DNA from: an uncultured delta proteobacterium
GTDB lineage: Bacteria; Myxococcota_A; Polyangia; Haliangiales; Haliangiaceae
Assembly: GCA_963772655.1 (NCBI GenBank)
Contig: CAVYYE010000009.1
Location: 22,343-86,342 of the forward strand
DNA length: 64,000 bases
Direction: 5' to 3'
Every line of letters begins with the position of its first letter. Position 1 is the first letter of the stretch. A model generated the notes under the pieces. That model did not search any database. It was not told the origin of the DNA and saw only the letters and a list, made by a program, of their open reading frames with translations. Below are positions 1 through 10,042 of the stretch, piece by piece. Both the position numbers and the translations under genes were made by a program.

Positions 1-36
1 CTTGTTTCAGAGGGGGTGTGTAGCGTCATCTGTCCG

Positions 37-1371
37 ATGGAAGCGGCGACTCTCGCGGTGATCGGCGCCGGCCCCAAGGCCGCGGCGCTGGCTGCGCGCA
101 TCGCCGCGTTACACGCCTGGCGCACCGAACACCCGGTCGCGGCCGCTTCCCTCCGGCCACCGCCTCGTCTGCAGATCTTCGAACGCAGCGCCCGCCCCGG
201 CGCGCACTGGTACGGCGACGACGGCTACACCGATGGCGCGCAGCAGCTCTGCACGCCGCCCGAGCGCGACCTCGTCGACGGTGCCTCGGAGCTCGGCGCG
301 ACCCTCGAGCTCGAGCCGTACGCGTGGGCGACGTTCGCGACCGAGCGGTCGATCGAGGCCGCGGTGCCGACGCACCGCCAGCTCGCCGACTACATCGCGT
401 GGGCGATCGAGCGCGCCGCCGCGCGTGCGGGTGGCGGCATCGTCCTCCACACCGGCGCCGAGGTGATCCGGATGCGCAGCGACGGCGTGCGCTGGCGACT
501 CGGTCTGCTCGGGGCCAGCCGCGATCTATCGACGCGGTTCGACGGCGTGATCGTGACGTCGCCCGGTCCCGCGAATCGCCGGTTCCACGTCGACGCCGCG
601 ATCGCCGCACGCGTTGCCGATGCGCGAACCTACTGGGCGGGACATCGCGCACCGGTGCGGCGATGTCTCGCGCGCGGATCGCGGGTCGCCGTCGTCGGTG
701 CGGGCGGTGCCGCGGCCGCGATCTGTGTCGACGCGTTGCAGGCGATCGAGGGACACGCGGACCCCGGCGGCATCGTGATCGTCGCGCCGCAACCGACGCT
801 GTTCACGCGGGGCGATAGCCGGTACGAAAACCAGGTCCTCACCGACCCGACGGTGTGGAGCGAGCTCCCGCGCGTCGCGCGCCGGCAGGTCGCCGAGCAT
901 CTGATCTCGGGCGTCGTGTTTCGCCGCGTGCTCGATCAGCTAGAGGGGCTCGAGCACGTCCCGGCATTTCTTCCCGCACGTGCGATCGCCGCGGTGCCGC
1001 ACGGCAACGCGATCGCGCTGTGGTGCTTGACGCTCGACGAGCGCATGCAGCTCCTCGAGGTCGACCGCGTCGTCGACGCCAGCGGCTTCGATCCGCTGTG
1101 GTTCGCCGAGCTCCTCGAAGAGCCCGCGCGCACGATCGCGCGACGGCTCGGTACGCCGGTCTTGGCCGACCGGATCGACCGCCACCTCCGGCTGGTCGTC
1201 GACGCCGGGATGTACGACGACCCGACGGTGAGAGAGACCCTGATCGCCGCCCAACCCGGCCTCCACGTTCCGTTTCTCGCCGGGGGCTCGCGTCCACCGG
1301 GGCGCGCCAGCCTGCTCCAGCTGGGGACGATGGCCGAGGAAATCCTCGCGCCGTATCTCGTCCCGGGTTGA
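37..1371 (+). CDS. FAD/NAD(P)-binding oxidoreductase with two Rossmann GxGxxG/A motifs (VIGAGPKAAA and VAVVGAGGAAA). Possibly a flavin N-hydroxylating monooxygenase-like enzyme.
   Basis: ORF 16..1371; ATG at 37 precedes the N-terminal dinucleotide-binding motif; a second Rossmann motif lies mid-protein; no stop codons. Confidence 0.5.
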   Translation: MEAATLAVIGAGPKAAALAARIAALHAWRTEHPVAAASLRPPPRLQIFERSARPGAHWYGDDGYTDGAQQLCTPPERDLVDGASELGATLELEPYAWATFATERSIEAAVPTHRQLADYIAWAIERAAARAGGGIVLHTGAEVIRMRSDGVRWRLGLLGASRDLSTRFDGVIVTSPGPANRRFHVDAAIAARVADARTYWAGHRAPVRRCLARGSRVAVVGAGGAAAAICVDALQAIEGHADPGGIVIVAPQPTLFTRGDSRYENQVLTDPTVWSELPRVARRQVAEHLISGVVFRRVLDQLEGLEHVPAFLPARAIAAVPHGNAIALWCLTLDERMQLLEVDRVVDASGFDPLWFAELLEEPARTIARRLGTPVLADRIDRHLRLVVDAGMYDDPTVRETLIAAQPGLHVPFLAGGSRPPGRASLLQLGTMAEEILAPYLVPG

Positions 1372-1373
1372 CA

Positions 1374-1387
1374 TATATATATATACG
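1374..1387. repeat. (TA)7 dinucleotide repeat preceded by TTGACA (1368-1373), upstream of the RHH gene
   Basis: 14-nt pure AT tract in a ~70% GC genome, directly after a perfect -35 hexamer. Confidence 0.6.
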
Positions 1388-1409
1388 TCGCAAGCTGAGA
1401 GTCATGCCG

Positions 1410-1661
1410 ATGGTGCTTCGCAGCCTCTACCTCGATCCCGCACTCGACAGTGCGCTCGGTACGCGTGCCGAGGCCGAGGGCATCACCAAGGCGGAGCTGA
1501 TGCGGCGGTTCCTCGTCGAGGGTCTCGCGCGACCGGCCGGTCGGCTCGTCGGCTACCAGTCGACCGGCAAGAAGCCCGCGCGGTCATCGTCGTCGCGCAA
1601 GTCCGAGTCCGCGGAGCCGACCAAGGGTCGCCGCGCGGTGGCGAGCAACCGGCGCTCGTAA
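1410..1661 (+). CDS. Ribbon-helix-helix (CopG/antitoxin-like) small DNA-binding protein
   Basis: Small ORF 'MVLRSLYLDPALDSALGTRAEAEGITKAELMRRFLVEGL' has a beta-strand then two helices typical of RHH, and a basic C-terminal tail. GAGAG Shine-Dalgarno (SD) sits 8 nt upstream of ATG 1410 (alternative ATG at 1404). Confidence 0.5.
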   Translation: MVLRSLYLDPALDSALGTRAEAEGITKAELMRRFLVEGLARPAGRLVGYQSTGKKPARSSSSRKSESAEPTKGRRAVASNRRS

Positions 1662-1680
1662 TCGATCCCGACGGATTCAC

Positions 1681-4521
1681 TCAGGCATCGAGCATCGCGA
1701 GCGCCTTGAACACGGCCTCGCGGGTACGGGCGAACCCACGGGTGCGTCGGCTCTCGAGCGCCTTGCGCCCCGCGGATCCCGCTCGCTTGGCGCCGAGCAT
1801 CCCGATCCCGATCGCGGCGTTGACCTGGACGTTCTCCGCGGGACTCTCGATCGCGTCGCACAGGATCTCCTGCGCGTCGGGAAGCGCGTTGATCAGTTCG
1901 AGGATCCGCCGCGCGTGGGTGTCGTCGTCGGTCTCGAGACCCTTCAGCAACGCGGTCAACACCTTCGCCTTGCGAGCGCCGAGCACACCCGCGCACGCCT
2001 TCGCGACCTCGGCATCGCCGCGTAACGCACCGACCAGAAACCCTGCGACCTCGCGAACGACGACATCGCCGAGCTTGTCGAGCGCCCCCGCCGCGGCGAT
2101 CCGCACGCCGGGATCGTCGTCGCGGAGCAGCACGCCGAGTTGCGATGCGGTGTCCGCTGCCGGCGCCCCGACCGCACCGAGCGCCGTGGCCGCGTTGGCA
2201 CGCACGACGGCGCGACCGTCGGTGAGATACGCCGCGAGGGCACCCACCGGCAGATCCTTCGCCTTGTCGCCGAACGCCTCGGAACCGAGGAGTCGGGTCT
2301 CGAAACCATCGACATCGATCGCGGTCGGTCCGGTCGAACGCGGGCCGTCGAGCGTCTCGAGTGCCTGACGCACGGCCTCGCGCGTTCGCTCCCACCCACC
2401 GGTGCGTGCACCCTCGAGCACCTTGCGTCCCTTGCCGACGCGATCCTTGCCGAGCAAGCCGAGGCCGAGTGCCGCGTTGACCTGCACGTTGACCGCCGGC
2501 GACTCGAACGCGTCGACCAGGATCTCCGAGGCGTCGGGCAGCTGGTTGACGACCTCGACGATCCGCTTGCCGTGGCGAGGGTCGTCGGTCTCCAGACCGC
2601 GGACCAGCGCGCCGACCATCTTGCCCTTGCGCGCGGCGAGCAACTTGGCGATCGCCGCGGCAACGCCGTCGTCGTGGTCGCGCAGCGCGCCGACCAGATC
2701 GTCGGCGGTCTCGGCGACCGCAGCATCCCCGATCCGATCGAGCGCGTGCGCCACCGCGAGCCGGACGCGCGCGTCGTCGTCACGTAGACGCACCCCGAGC
2801 GATCGGGCGGCCGCCACGGCGACGCCACCGACCGTCCCGAGCGCGGTCGCCGCGTTCGCACGCACCGCATCGCGCCCGTCGGTGAGGTACGCGATCAGCT
2901 CGTCGACCCCGACCTTGTCGAGGACGGCCTTGTGCTTGTCGATCTCGGCCGCGCTCAACACGCGATCCTCGAAGCCGTCGATCGGGATCGCCTTGGGGCC
3001 GGAGTCGGTCTCGGGCGTGATCATCTCGAGCGCGCGCCGCACGGCCTCTCGGGTCCGCGCGTCACCGCCGGTACGTGCGTCGTGCAACGTGGCGAGCCCC
3101 TCGCCGACCCTGTCGCGCAGCAGGCCGAGGCCGAGCGCGGCGTTGACCTGCACGTTGACCGCCGGGCTCGCGAACGCCTCGACCAGCAACTTGACCGCGT
3201 CGGGCAATTTGCCGATCAGCTCGCCGACGCGCAGGCCGTGCTCCTCGGTGCCGGCATCGAGCCCGTGGATCAGCGCGTCGCGCGCCGACATGCCGAGGCT
3301 GGCGAGCGTCTCGGCCGCCGCCTCCGCGACCTCGGACTCGGCATCACCGAGCGCACCGACCAGATCCGTGGCGGCATTGGCCGCCGAGACGCCGAGCCGG
3401 CCGAGCGCGACCGCGACCTCCCGACGTACCGCCGGGACGCCGTCGCGCAACAGCAGCCCGAGCGCCGCGGCAGCCGCACCGGCGGCGTCACCCTTGATCC
3501 CGAGCGCACGCGCCGCGTTGATCTTGACGTGCGCGCGGCCGTCCTGGAGCGCGCTCGTCATCTGGTCGACGTCGATCGCTCCCTCGTACTCCATCAGCTC
3601 CGACTTCGACAGCTTCCGCGCCTCGAAGTCCGGGATGTTCTTGGGCAGCGTGTCGATCGCCTCGGTCTTCTCGCGCGCGAGCACCGCGAGCATCGCCTGC
3701 TTGGCGGCGGCGCGGATGTCGGGCACCGGGTCGCCCGCCTCGATCGCGGTCAGGCACGCCAGCGCCGGATCCGGATCGAACTTGCCGTGACGTCCGAGGC
3801 CGGCGATCGCGTTGACGCGGATCCGGCTGCGATCGTTCTTGGCCGCTTCGGTCAGAAACGCGATGCCGCGTCGGCCGACCTTGGCCGCCGCGGCGACCAC
3901 CGTCTTGATCGCGAGTGACTCGGGGACGTCGAGGGCCGCGATCAGCTCGCGGTCGCAGGTACCGATCAGCGACGCCAGCGTGCCGACCACGGAGTCGAGG
4001 ACCTCGGGCTGGGCACCGTCGAGCGCCTGCACCAGCTGCGGGATCAGGTCGCGAAGGCGCGACCCGAGCGCACCGATCGCCTCGGCCGCGGCGCCGCCGA
4101 CGTGCGCCTCGCCGTCGCGTACCAGCGTGACCAGCTCGAACGCCGGATGACCGGCGGCGGCGAGCCCGAGCGCCGCGTTCGCGCGCACGATCGCGCGACC
4201 GTCGCGGGCGAGCTCGACCAGCTCGTCGGGATCGAGCTGCGCGCCGAACGGTGCCAGCTCCGCGAGCCTCAGCTTGCGCTCGTCGAGCGGCGGCGGCTTC
4301 GTGCTGGGCGGCTTGTCGGCCTTGTCGGCCTTGTCGACCTTGTCGACCTTGTCGGCCTTGTCGGCCTTGTCGGCCTTGTCGCCCTTGTCGCCACGCGGCT
4401 CGGCCACCTTGGTCGGCTTGCTCGATTCGGCCGCCGGCTCGGCGGGCTTGTCGGCCTTGACCGGATCGGCGGTCCTCGCGCGCTCCGACTTCCTCTCGGA
4501 CTTCTTGTCGTCTCCCGGCAT
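1681..4521 (-). CDS. HEAT/PBS-lyase repeat protein (~946 aa) with an N-terminal (KAD)n low-complexity stretch
   Basis: Repeated 'DxxVRxxAAxALGxxG' HEAT-like units throughout; long ORF; start placed at internal Met (MPGDDKK) at 4519-4521. Confidence 0.65.
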   Translation of the reverse strand: MPGDDKKSERKSERARTADPVKADKPAEPAAESSKPTKVAEPRGDKGDKADKADKADKVDKVDKADKADKPPSTKPPPLDERKLRLAELAPFGAQLDPDELVELARDGRAIVRANAALGLAAAGHPAFELVTLVRDGEAHVGGAAAEAIGALGSRLRDLIPQLVQALDGAQPEVLDSVVGTLASLIGTCDRELIAALDVPESLAIKTVVAAAAKVGRRGIAFLTEAAKNDRSRIRVNAIAGLGRHGKFDPDPALACLTAIEAGDPVPDIRAAAKQAMLAVLAREKTEAIDTLPKNIPDFEARKLSKSELMEYEGAIDVDQMTSALQDGRAHVKINAARALGIKGDAAGAAAAALGLLLRDGVPAVRREVAVALGRLGVSAANAATDLVGALGDAESEVAEAAAETLASLGMSARDALIHGLDAGTEEHGLRVGELIGKLPDAVKLLVEAFASPAVNVQVNAALGLGLLRDRVGEGLATLHDARTGGDARTREAVRRALEMITPETDSGPKAIPIDGFEDRVLSAAEIDKHKAVLDKVGVDELIAYLTDGRDAVRANAATALGTVGGVAVAAARSLGVRLRDDDARVRLAVAHALDRIGDAAVAETADDLVGALRDHDDGVAAAIAKLLAARKGKMVGALVRGLETDDPRHGKRIVEVVNQLPDASEILVDAFESPAVNVQVNAALGLGLLGKDRVGKGRKVLEGARTGGWERTREAVRQALETLDGPRSTGPTAIDVDGFETRLLGSEAFGDKAKDLPVGALAAYLTDGRAVVRANAATALGAVGAPAADTASQLGVLLRDDDPGVRIAAAGALDKLGDVVVREVAGFLVGALRGDAEVAKACAGVLGARKAKVLTALLKGLETDDDTHARRILELINALPDAQEILCDAIESPAENVQVNAAIGIGMLGAKRAGSAGRKALESRRTRGFARTREAVFKALAMLDA
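4311..4392. repeat. 9-bp tandem repeat (GCCTTGTCG)n, about 9 copies, encoding the (KAD/KVD)n tract of the HEAT-repeat protein
   Basis: Direct reading of sequence 4311-4392. Confidence 0.8.
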
Positions 4522-4604
4522 CCGCGATCCAGGTACCACGTTTGCCGCGGACGATTTCGGGTCGTGCGATAGTGAGATCGCCCGTGCGGCCCATCGAGTT
4601 CTAC

Positions 4605-6101
4605 ATGCGCGTGATCGAGAAGGCCGGTGCGTATGGCGCTGTCCTCGCATCCGGCCAGGCCGTCACGTTGCGATTTCCCACCGGGGACCGTCGGTCGACG
4701 CAGATCACCCCGCACGAGCAGCTGGTCGACCTCGTGCGCGACGCGGCCCCACCGATGGTGCTCGACCAGATCGATCGGAATCACCCCTCGCGATTCGAGC
4801 TCGACTCCAACGGCCAGCACTACGCGATCGATATCCAGCCGCAGCGCGGGTTCTGGCAGGTCAACATCGAGGTCGCCGCGGCGCCGGCCGTGACCACCCC
4901 CACCGCTCCCGCTCCCACCCCCACCCCCGTCCCCGAGCCGGTCGCGCGCACCGCCTCGCAGCACCACTCGCGGCCCGTACGCGCGACGCAGGGCACTCCG
5001 AGCGGCGCGATGCCGATGCCCAGGCCGCGCCAGCAGACCGGGGCCGTTCCGATGTCGGCGACGCGCTCCGACTCGGCCGCGGTGCAACGCTCGCGTCGCT
5101 CGTCGGAGGTGCGCGACCCATCGGAGCGTATCCCGCTCGCGCGCCAGGACGACTCGGCTGTCGTGCCGGCGCCGATCCCGGACGACGAAGCGCCCCTGAT
5201 CATCATCGAGCGCGGTCAGTACGAGGCGCCGACCGGCGTCCAGACCTCGAGTGGCAGCTCGCTCCTCGACCTCCTCACCGCCAACGCGCGCGCGGCGAAC
5301 GCCTCCGACGTCTACCTGATCGCCGGTCACGCGCCGTACATGAAGGTCAACGGCCAGCTGATGTCGACCACGGTTCGCTCGCCGATCGACGGCGAGCAAC
5401 TGTCCCGCGAGATCGGCATCGTCGCACCACCCGAGGTTCGCAATGCCTGGGTCGAGCGAGGGATCGCCGGGTTCACCTACGGCGACGGCATCGGGCGCGT
5501 GCGCGTGCGCTTGACGCGCGATCACCGCGGCCCGTCGGCGGCCTTCCGGTTGTTGCTCGGGGAACCGCCGACGCTCGACCAGCTCCAGCTCTACGAGATC
5601 GACAACCTGCTCGAGGATCGCGGGCTGATCCTGGTCGGGGGTCCGTCCGGATCGGGCAAGACCACGACCCTCGCCGCGATGATCCGCGCGCTCGCCGAAG
5701 ATCGCCGCAGCGTGGTGGTACTCGACGACGCGATCGAGATCGTTCATGTCAGTCCGTGGATCAGCCAGCGGCAGATCGGCATGCACGTCCCCGACGTGCT
5801 GTCCGGCGTCGAGGCCGCGATGGCCGAGGGCGTCGACGCGATCGTGATCGGTGTGGCGCGCGACGCCGACCGCGCCCGCGCCGTGATCGAAGCCGCGACC
5901 GGCGGGCACCTCGTGATCACGACCGTGGTGTCACCGGTCGCCGCGGTTGCCGCGGATCGGCTGATCGACAAGCTCCCGGAGTCGGCGCGCGCGGGGGGCC
6001 GCGAGGTGATCGACCACATGCTCCTGGGAGCCGTCGCTCCGCTCGTCAGCCACTCGGGCGAGCGCTCGTTCGAGGTCGTGTTCGGCCGTCGCCGCACCTG
6101 A
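4605..6101 (+). CDS. PilT-family (type IV pilus retraction/twitching) ATPase with a ~200-aa N-terminal extension and Pro-rich linker
   Basis: Walker A 'LVGGPSGSGKTTTLAAMI', Asp box 'VVVLDDAIE', 'SQRQIG' and 'GHLVITTV' match PilT/PilU signatures. ATG at 4605 is in frame with ORF 4542..6101. Confidence 0.7.
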   Translation: MRVIEKAGAYGAVLASGQAVTLRFPTGDRRSTQITPHEQLVDLVRDAAPPMVLDQIDRNHPSRFELDSNGQHYAIDIQPQRGFWQVNIEVAAAPAVTTPTAPAPTPTPVPEPVARTASQHHSRPVRATQGTPSGAMPMPRPRQQTGAVPMSATRSDSAAVQRSRRSSEVRDPSERIPLARQDDSAVVPAPIPDDEAPLIIIERGQYEAPTGVQTSSGSSLLDLLTANARAANASDVYLIAGHAPYMKVNGQLMSTTVRSPIDGEQLSREIGIVAPPEVRNAWVERGIAGFTYGDGIGRVRVRLTRDHRGPSAAFRLLLGEPPTLDQLQLYEIDNLLEDRGLILVGGPSGSGKTTTLAAMIRALAEDRRSVVVLDDAIEIVHVSPWISQRQIGMHVPDVLSGVEAAMAEGVDAIVIGVARDADRARAVIEAATGGHLVITTVVSPVAAVAADRLIDKLPESARAGGREVIDHMLLGAVAPLVSHSGERSFEVVFGRRRT

Positions 6102-6134
6102 GCGACGTCTCGATCGGCGTGCTACCTTGGATAG

Positions 6135-9100
6135 GTGCAGCCGGGTGAGGTGGTCGAGGACCGCTTCGAGATCGCCGAGGCCGCGGGCATGGGCGGGATG
6201 GGTACCGTGTATCGTGCCCGCGATCGCGTGACCGGCGATGTCGTCGCGCTCAAGGTGCTGCGCGATGCACGCGACGATCACGCCGTGCGCTTCGATCGCG
6301 AGATCCGCGTGCTCGCGAGCCTGCGACATCCCGGCATCGTCCGTTACGTCGCGGACGGGCACCTCGCCAACGGCCTGGCGTGGCTGGCCATGGAGTGGTT
6401 GGAGGGAGAGAGCCTGTCGAAGCGTCTGGCGCGCTCGGGGCTTTCCGCCAACGAGAGCATCGAGCTCGCGCGCCGCGTCGCCGAGGCGATCGGGGCGGCG
6501 CACGAGCGCGGCATCATCCATCGCGACATCAAGCCGTCGAACCTGTTCCTGGTCGGTGGCGAGCTCGATCGCGTCAAGGTCCTCGACTTCGGCGTCGCAC
6601 GCATGGTCGACGCGTCGCGCGCGTCGACCAGAACCGGCGTGATGATCGGAACGCCCGGCTACATGGCTCCCGAGCAGGTCAAGAGCGAGCGCGACATCAC
6701 GCCGCGTGCCGACGTGTTCGCGGTCGGCTGCCTGCTGTTCGAGTGTCTGACCGGGCGCGCCGCGTACCCCGGTGACAACGTGCTCGCGGTGCTCGCCAAG
6801 ATCTTGCTCGAGGATCCACCGCGGCTGTCCGAGCTCCGCCCCGATCTCCCGGATGCGGTCGACGAGTTGCTCGCGCGGACGATGGCGAAGCAGCCGGAGG
6901 AGCGACCGCGCGATGGCACCCGACTCGCCGCCGAGATCGCGGCGCTCGGTCGGCTCGAGTCCTCCGCCGCGTCGAGGATGATGCCGGCCGTACAGCCAGC
7001 GCCCGCGTTGACCGCCACCGAGCGTCGCCTGTTGTGCGTGGTGCTCGTCGGGGCTCCCGAGCAAGGCGACGACACGATCGTCGATCTGCCGGATGGCGAG
7101 TCACGCCCCGAGCCCGACGACACCCACAGCGGCGAGCTCCCGGTCAGCACGATGGTCGAGCTCGACGCCACGGTTCGCACGCATGGCGCGCGACTCGACC
7201 GCCTCGCGGACGGCTCGCACGTGATCACGTTTGCCAACACCGGTGCCGCGAGCGATCAGGTGATGCAGGCCGCGCGGTGCGCGCTCGCGCTCAAGGCGAT
7301 CGTGCCGGCCTCGCCGATCGCGCTCGCGACCGGGCGTGGCGTCCTCGCGGGCCGGTGGCCCGTGGGCGAGGCGATCGATCGTGCGGCGCGTCTGCTCGGC
7401 GTCGGCGCGCAATGGGTCCGGCTCGACGACATCACGGCGGGGCTGCTCGATGCGCGGTTCGACATCGGAGGTGACGACGCGGGGCTGTTTCTCGCGGGCG
7501 AGCGCGACGCGGTCGAGGTTCGCCGCACGCTGCTCGGCAAGGCGACGGCGTGCGTGGGTCGCGATCGCGAGCTCGGGGTGCTGTCGGGGCTGTTTCACGA
7601 ATGCGTGGCCGAGCCGATCGCGCGCGCCGTGCTGGTGACGGGGGTCGAGGGCATCGGCAAGTCGCGCGTGCGCTTCGAGCTCCTTCGCCGCATCGAGGCC
7701 GCTCCGCCCGAGGGCTCGCCCGTCGAGGTGTGGTTCGGGCGCGGCGATCCCCTGCGCGCCGGATCGCCGTACGGGATCCTCGCGCCCGCACTGCGCCGCG
7801 CGTGCGGCATCCACGAGGGCGAACCTCTCGAGGTCAGCCGCCAGAAGCTGCGCGCGCGCGTGATGCGCAACGCGAGCACCGACCTCCTCACCACCACACG
7901 GTTTCTCGGCGAGATCATCGGCACGCCGTTCCCCGACGACGACTCGGTCGAGCTCGCCGCGGCCCGCGCCGATCCGCTGCTGATGACCGATCAGGTGCGG
8001 CGCGCGTTCGAGCACTTCCTCGCGGTCGAGACCGCCGCGCAGCCGGTGTTGATCGTGCTCGAGGATGTCCACTGGGGAGACCTGCCGACGGTCAAGCTGA
8101 TCGACGCCGCGCTCCGCGCCCTTCCCGACCGGCCGTGGATGGTGCTCGCGCTCGCACGCCCCACGGTCCACGAGCTGTTCCCACGGATGTGGCACGACCG
8201 CGGCGTCCAGGAGGTTCGGCTCGAGGAGCTGACGAAGAAGGGCGCCGAGCGTCTCGTGCGCCGCGCGCTCGCCGAGCGTGCCGACGAGGCCCTGGTCGCG
8301 CGACTCGTCGAACAGGGCGGAGGAAACGCGTTCTATCTCGAGGAGCTGGTGCGCGCCGCGGTCGAGGGAAAAGGCGACACGCTGCCGGGCACGGTGCTCG
8401 CGCTGGTCGCCGGTCGGCTCGAGCGCCTCGAGGCCGATGCCCGCCGCGTGCTGCGCGCGGCGAGCGTGTTCGGTCGCCAGTTCTGGCGCGACGCCGTGGT
8501 CGAGCTGGTCGGCGCCCCGCGCGCGACCACGACCAGCGCCTGGCTCGACGAGCTGGTCGAACGCGAGCTGATCGCGAAGATGCCGGCGGGGAGCGGGCTG
8601 CGCGACGACGCCTACCAGTTCCGCCACGCGATCGTGCAAGAGGCGGCATACGCCATGCTCACCGACACCGATCGCGAGCTCGGCCACGCGCTCGCGGGTG
8701 AGTGGCTCGAGCGCGCCAACGAGACCGACGCCATGGTGCTCGCCGAGCACTACCAGCGCGCCGGCGATCCGCGCGCCCGCGAGCACTTCCTGCGTGCCGC
8801 CGAACAGGCGCTCGCGGCATGCGACTTCGGCAGCGCGAAGGCGCGCACCCAGCTCGGTGTCGATTGCGACGCGACCGGCGAGATCCTCGGTGCGCTCCGG
8901 CTCGTCGAGGCCGAAGCGCTCAAGTGGGCCGGCGAGTTCGCCGCCGCTCGCGCGCCGAGTCGGGAAGCGATGAACCTGTTGCCGGTGGGCAGTGCGCGGT
9001 GGTTCGCCGCGGCGCGCGAGGCAGCCGACGCGTACGGCAAGCTCGACGATGTCGACTCGCTGTCGGGGATCGGCGAAGCATTGCGCGCGGCCCCCGCGAA

Positions 9101-10031
9101 CGCCGGCACCGTGAACGTTCGGATCGCGGCGATCGCGCAGGCCGCGTTCCAACTGTTCTCGCACGGGCTGTTCGACCTCGCGATGGACCTGCTCGATCGT
9201 ATCGAGCAGCTGTCGGGCGACGATGTCGGCCCCGGCGTGCTCGCCCGCGTCTACCAGGCACGGTCGTCGCGTGCGATGTACGACGGCGATGCCGGCGCGT
9301 ATCTCGAGACCGAGCTGGCTGCCGCGGCGGCCTTCGAGCGCGCCGGCGACGAGCGCTACGCGTGCATGCAACGCGGTCACGTCGGGTATGCGTGCCTCGA
9401 GATCGGTGCCTACGCCGACGCCGAGCTTCACCTCCGGGAGGCCCTCGCGTCCGGCCTCCGGCTCGGCCTGTCGAACGTCGTCGCGACCGCGAAGCACAAC
9501 CTGGGCCGCGCGCTCCAGCTCCAGGGTCAGCTCGCCGAGGCGCTCGCGATCGAATCCGAGGCGGTCGCCCTGTTCGTGGCGCAGGGCGATCACCGCCTCG
9601 AGTCGGCAGCCCACACCTACCTCGCCTATATCCTCTACGAGCTCGGCGAGCTCGATCGCGCGGAAGCCGAGCTCGCGCGATCACTCGAGCTCGCGCTGCC
9701 TCCGATCCGTCCCCAGATCCTCGCCAGCCAAGCCTACGTCTTCCTGGCGCAGAACCGCGTCGCCGACGCGCTCGCCCGCGCGACCGACGCGCAGCACGAA
9801 TTCGACGAGATCGGCGGCGTCGAGGAGGGCGAGTCGCTGATCCGGCTGATGCTCGTCGAAGCCCGGCTCGCGTCCGGCGATCGCGACGGTGCGCGCGAGG
9901 CCGTGCATGCCGCGCACGCGCGCCTGCAGGCGCGCGCGAGCCGGATCTCGGATCCCGAACGACGGAGGATGTTCCTCGAGCAGATTCCCGAGAACGTGCG
10001 CACGCTCGAGCTGGCGCGCACACTGGCGTGA
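6135..10031 (+). CDS. Ser/Thr protein kinase fused to a cyclase-homology-like domain, an AAA/STAND NTPase and C-terminal TPR repeats (1298 aa)
   Basis: Kinase motifs 'GGMGTVYRA', 'VALK', 'HRDIKPSNL', 'DFG', 'APE'; then 'LLCVVLVG...' cyclase-like segment; 'VLVTGVEGIGKSR' P-loop; TPR-like C-terminus. GTG start at 6135. Confidence 0.8.
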   Translation: MQPGEVVEDRFEIAEAAGMGGMGTVYRARDRVTGDVVALKVLRDARDDHAVRFDREIRVLASLRHPGIVRYVADGHLANGLAWLAMEWLEGESLSKRLARSGLSANESIELARRVAEAIGAAHERGIIHRDIKPSNLFLVGGELDRVKVLDFGVARMVDASRASTRTGVMIGTPGYMAPEQVKSERDITPRADVFAVGCLLFECLTGRAAYPGDNVLAVLAKILLEDPPRLSELRPDLPDAVDELLARTMAKQPEERPRDGTRLAAEIAALGRLESSAASRMMPAVQPAPALTATERRLLCVVLVGAPEQGDDTIVDLPDGESRPEPDDTHSGELPVSTMVELDATVRTHGARLDRLADGSHVITFANTGAASDQVMQAARCALALKAIVPASPIALATGRGVLAGRWPVGEAIDRAARLLGVGAQWVRLDDITAGLLDARFDIGGDDAGLFLAGERDAVEVRRTLLGKATACVGRDRELGVLSGLFHECVAEPIARAVLVTGVEGIGKSRVRFELLRRIEAAPPEGSPVEVWFGRGDPLRAGSPYGILAPALRRACGIHEGEPLEVSRQKLRARVMRNASTDLLTTTRFLGEIIGTPFPDDDSVELAAARADPLLMTDQVRRAFEHFLAVETAAQPVLIVLEDVHWGDLPTVKLIDAALRALPDRPWMVLALARPTVHELFPRMWHDRGVQEVRLEELTKKGAERLVRRALAERADEALVARLVEQGGGNAFYLEELVRAAVEGKGDTLPGTVLALVAGRLERLEADARRVLRAASVFGRQFWRDAVVELVGAPRATTTSAWLDELVERELIAKMPAGSGLRDDAYQFRHAIVQEAAYAMLTDTDRELGHALAGEWLERANETDAMVLAEHYQRAGDPRAREHFLRAAEQALAACDFGSAKARTQLGVDCDATGEILGALRLVEAEALKWAGEFAAARAPSREAMNLLPVGSARWFAAAREAADAYGKLDDVDSLSGIGEALRAAPANAGTVNVRIAAIAQAAFQLFSHGLFDLAMDLLDRIEQLSGDDVGPGVLARVYQARSSRAMYDGDAGAYLETELAAAAAFERAGDERYACMQRGHVGYACLEIGAYADAELHLREALASGLRLGLSNVVATAKHNLGRALQLQGQLAEALAIESEAVALFVAQGDHRLESAAHTYLAYILYELGELDRAEAELARSLELALPPIRPQILASQAYVFLAQNRVADALARATDAQHEFDEIGGVEEGESLIRLMLVEARLASGDRDGAREAVHAAHARLQARASRISDPERRRMFLEQIPENVRTLELARTLA

Positions 10032-10042
10032 CCTGACGTCTG

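Noticed and set aside
26-1405. Many long Arg/Ala/Gly-rich ORFs on the opposite strand or in alternate frames of real genes (e.g. 26..652-, 839..1405-, 855..1661+, 940..1374-)
   Set aside because: Typical high-GC frame artefacts: low-complexity Arg/Pro-rich translations, fully overlapped by a protein-like ORF (the FAD oxidoreductase).
5931-10036. Long alternate-frame and antisense ORFs across the kinase gene (5931..7064-, 7101..9614-, 7550..8701+, 8702..10036+, 8920..10023-)
   Set aside because: Arg-rich junk translations; the + frame 6135..10031 has clear kinase, AAA and TPR motifs.
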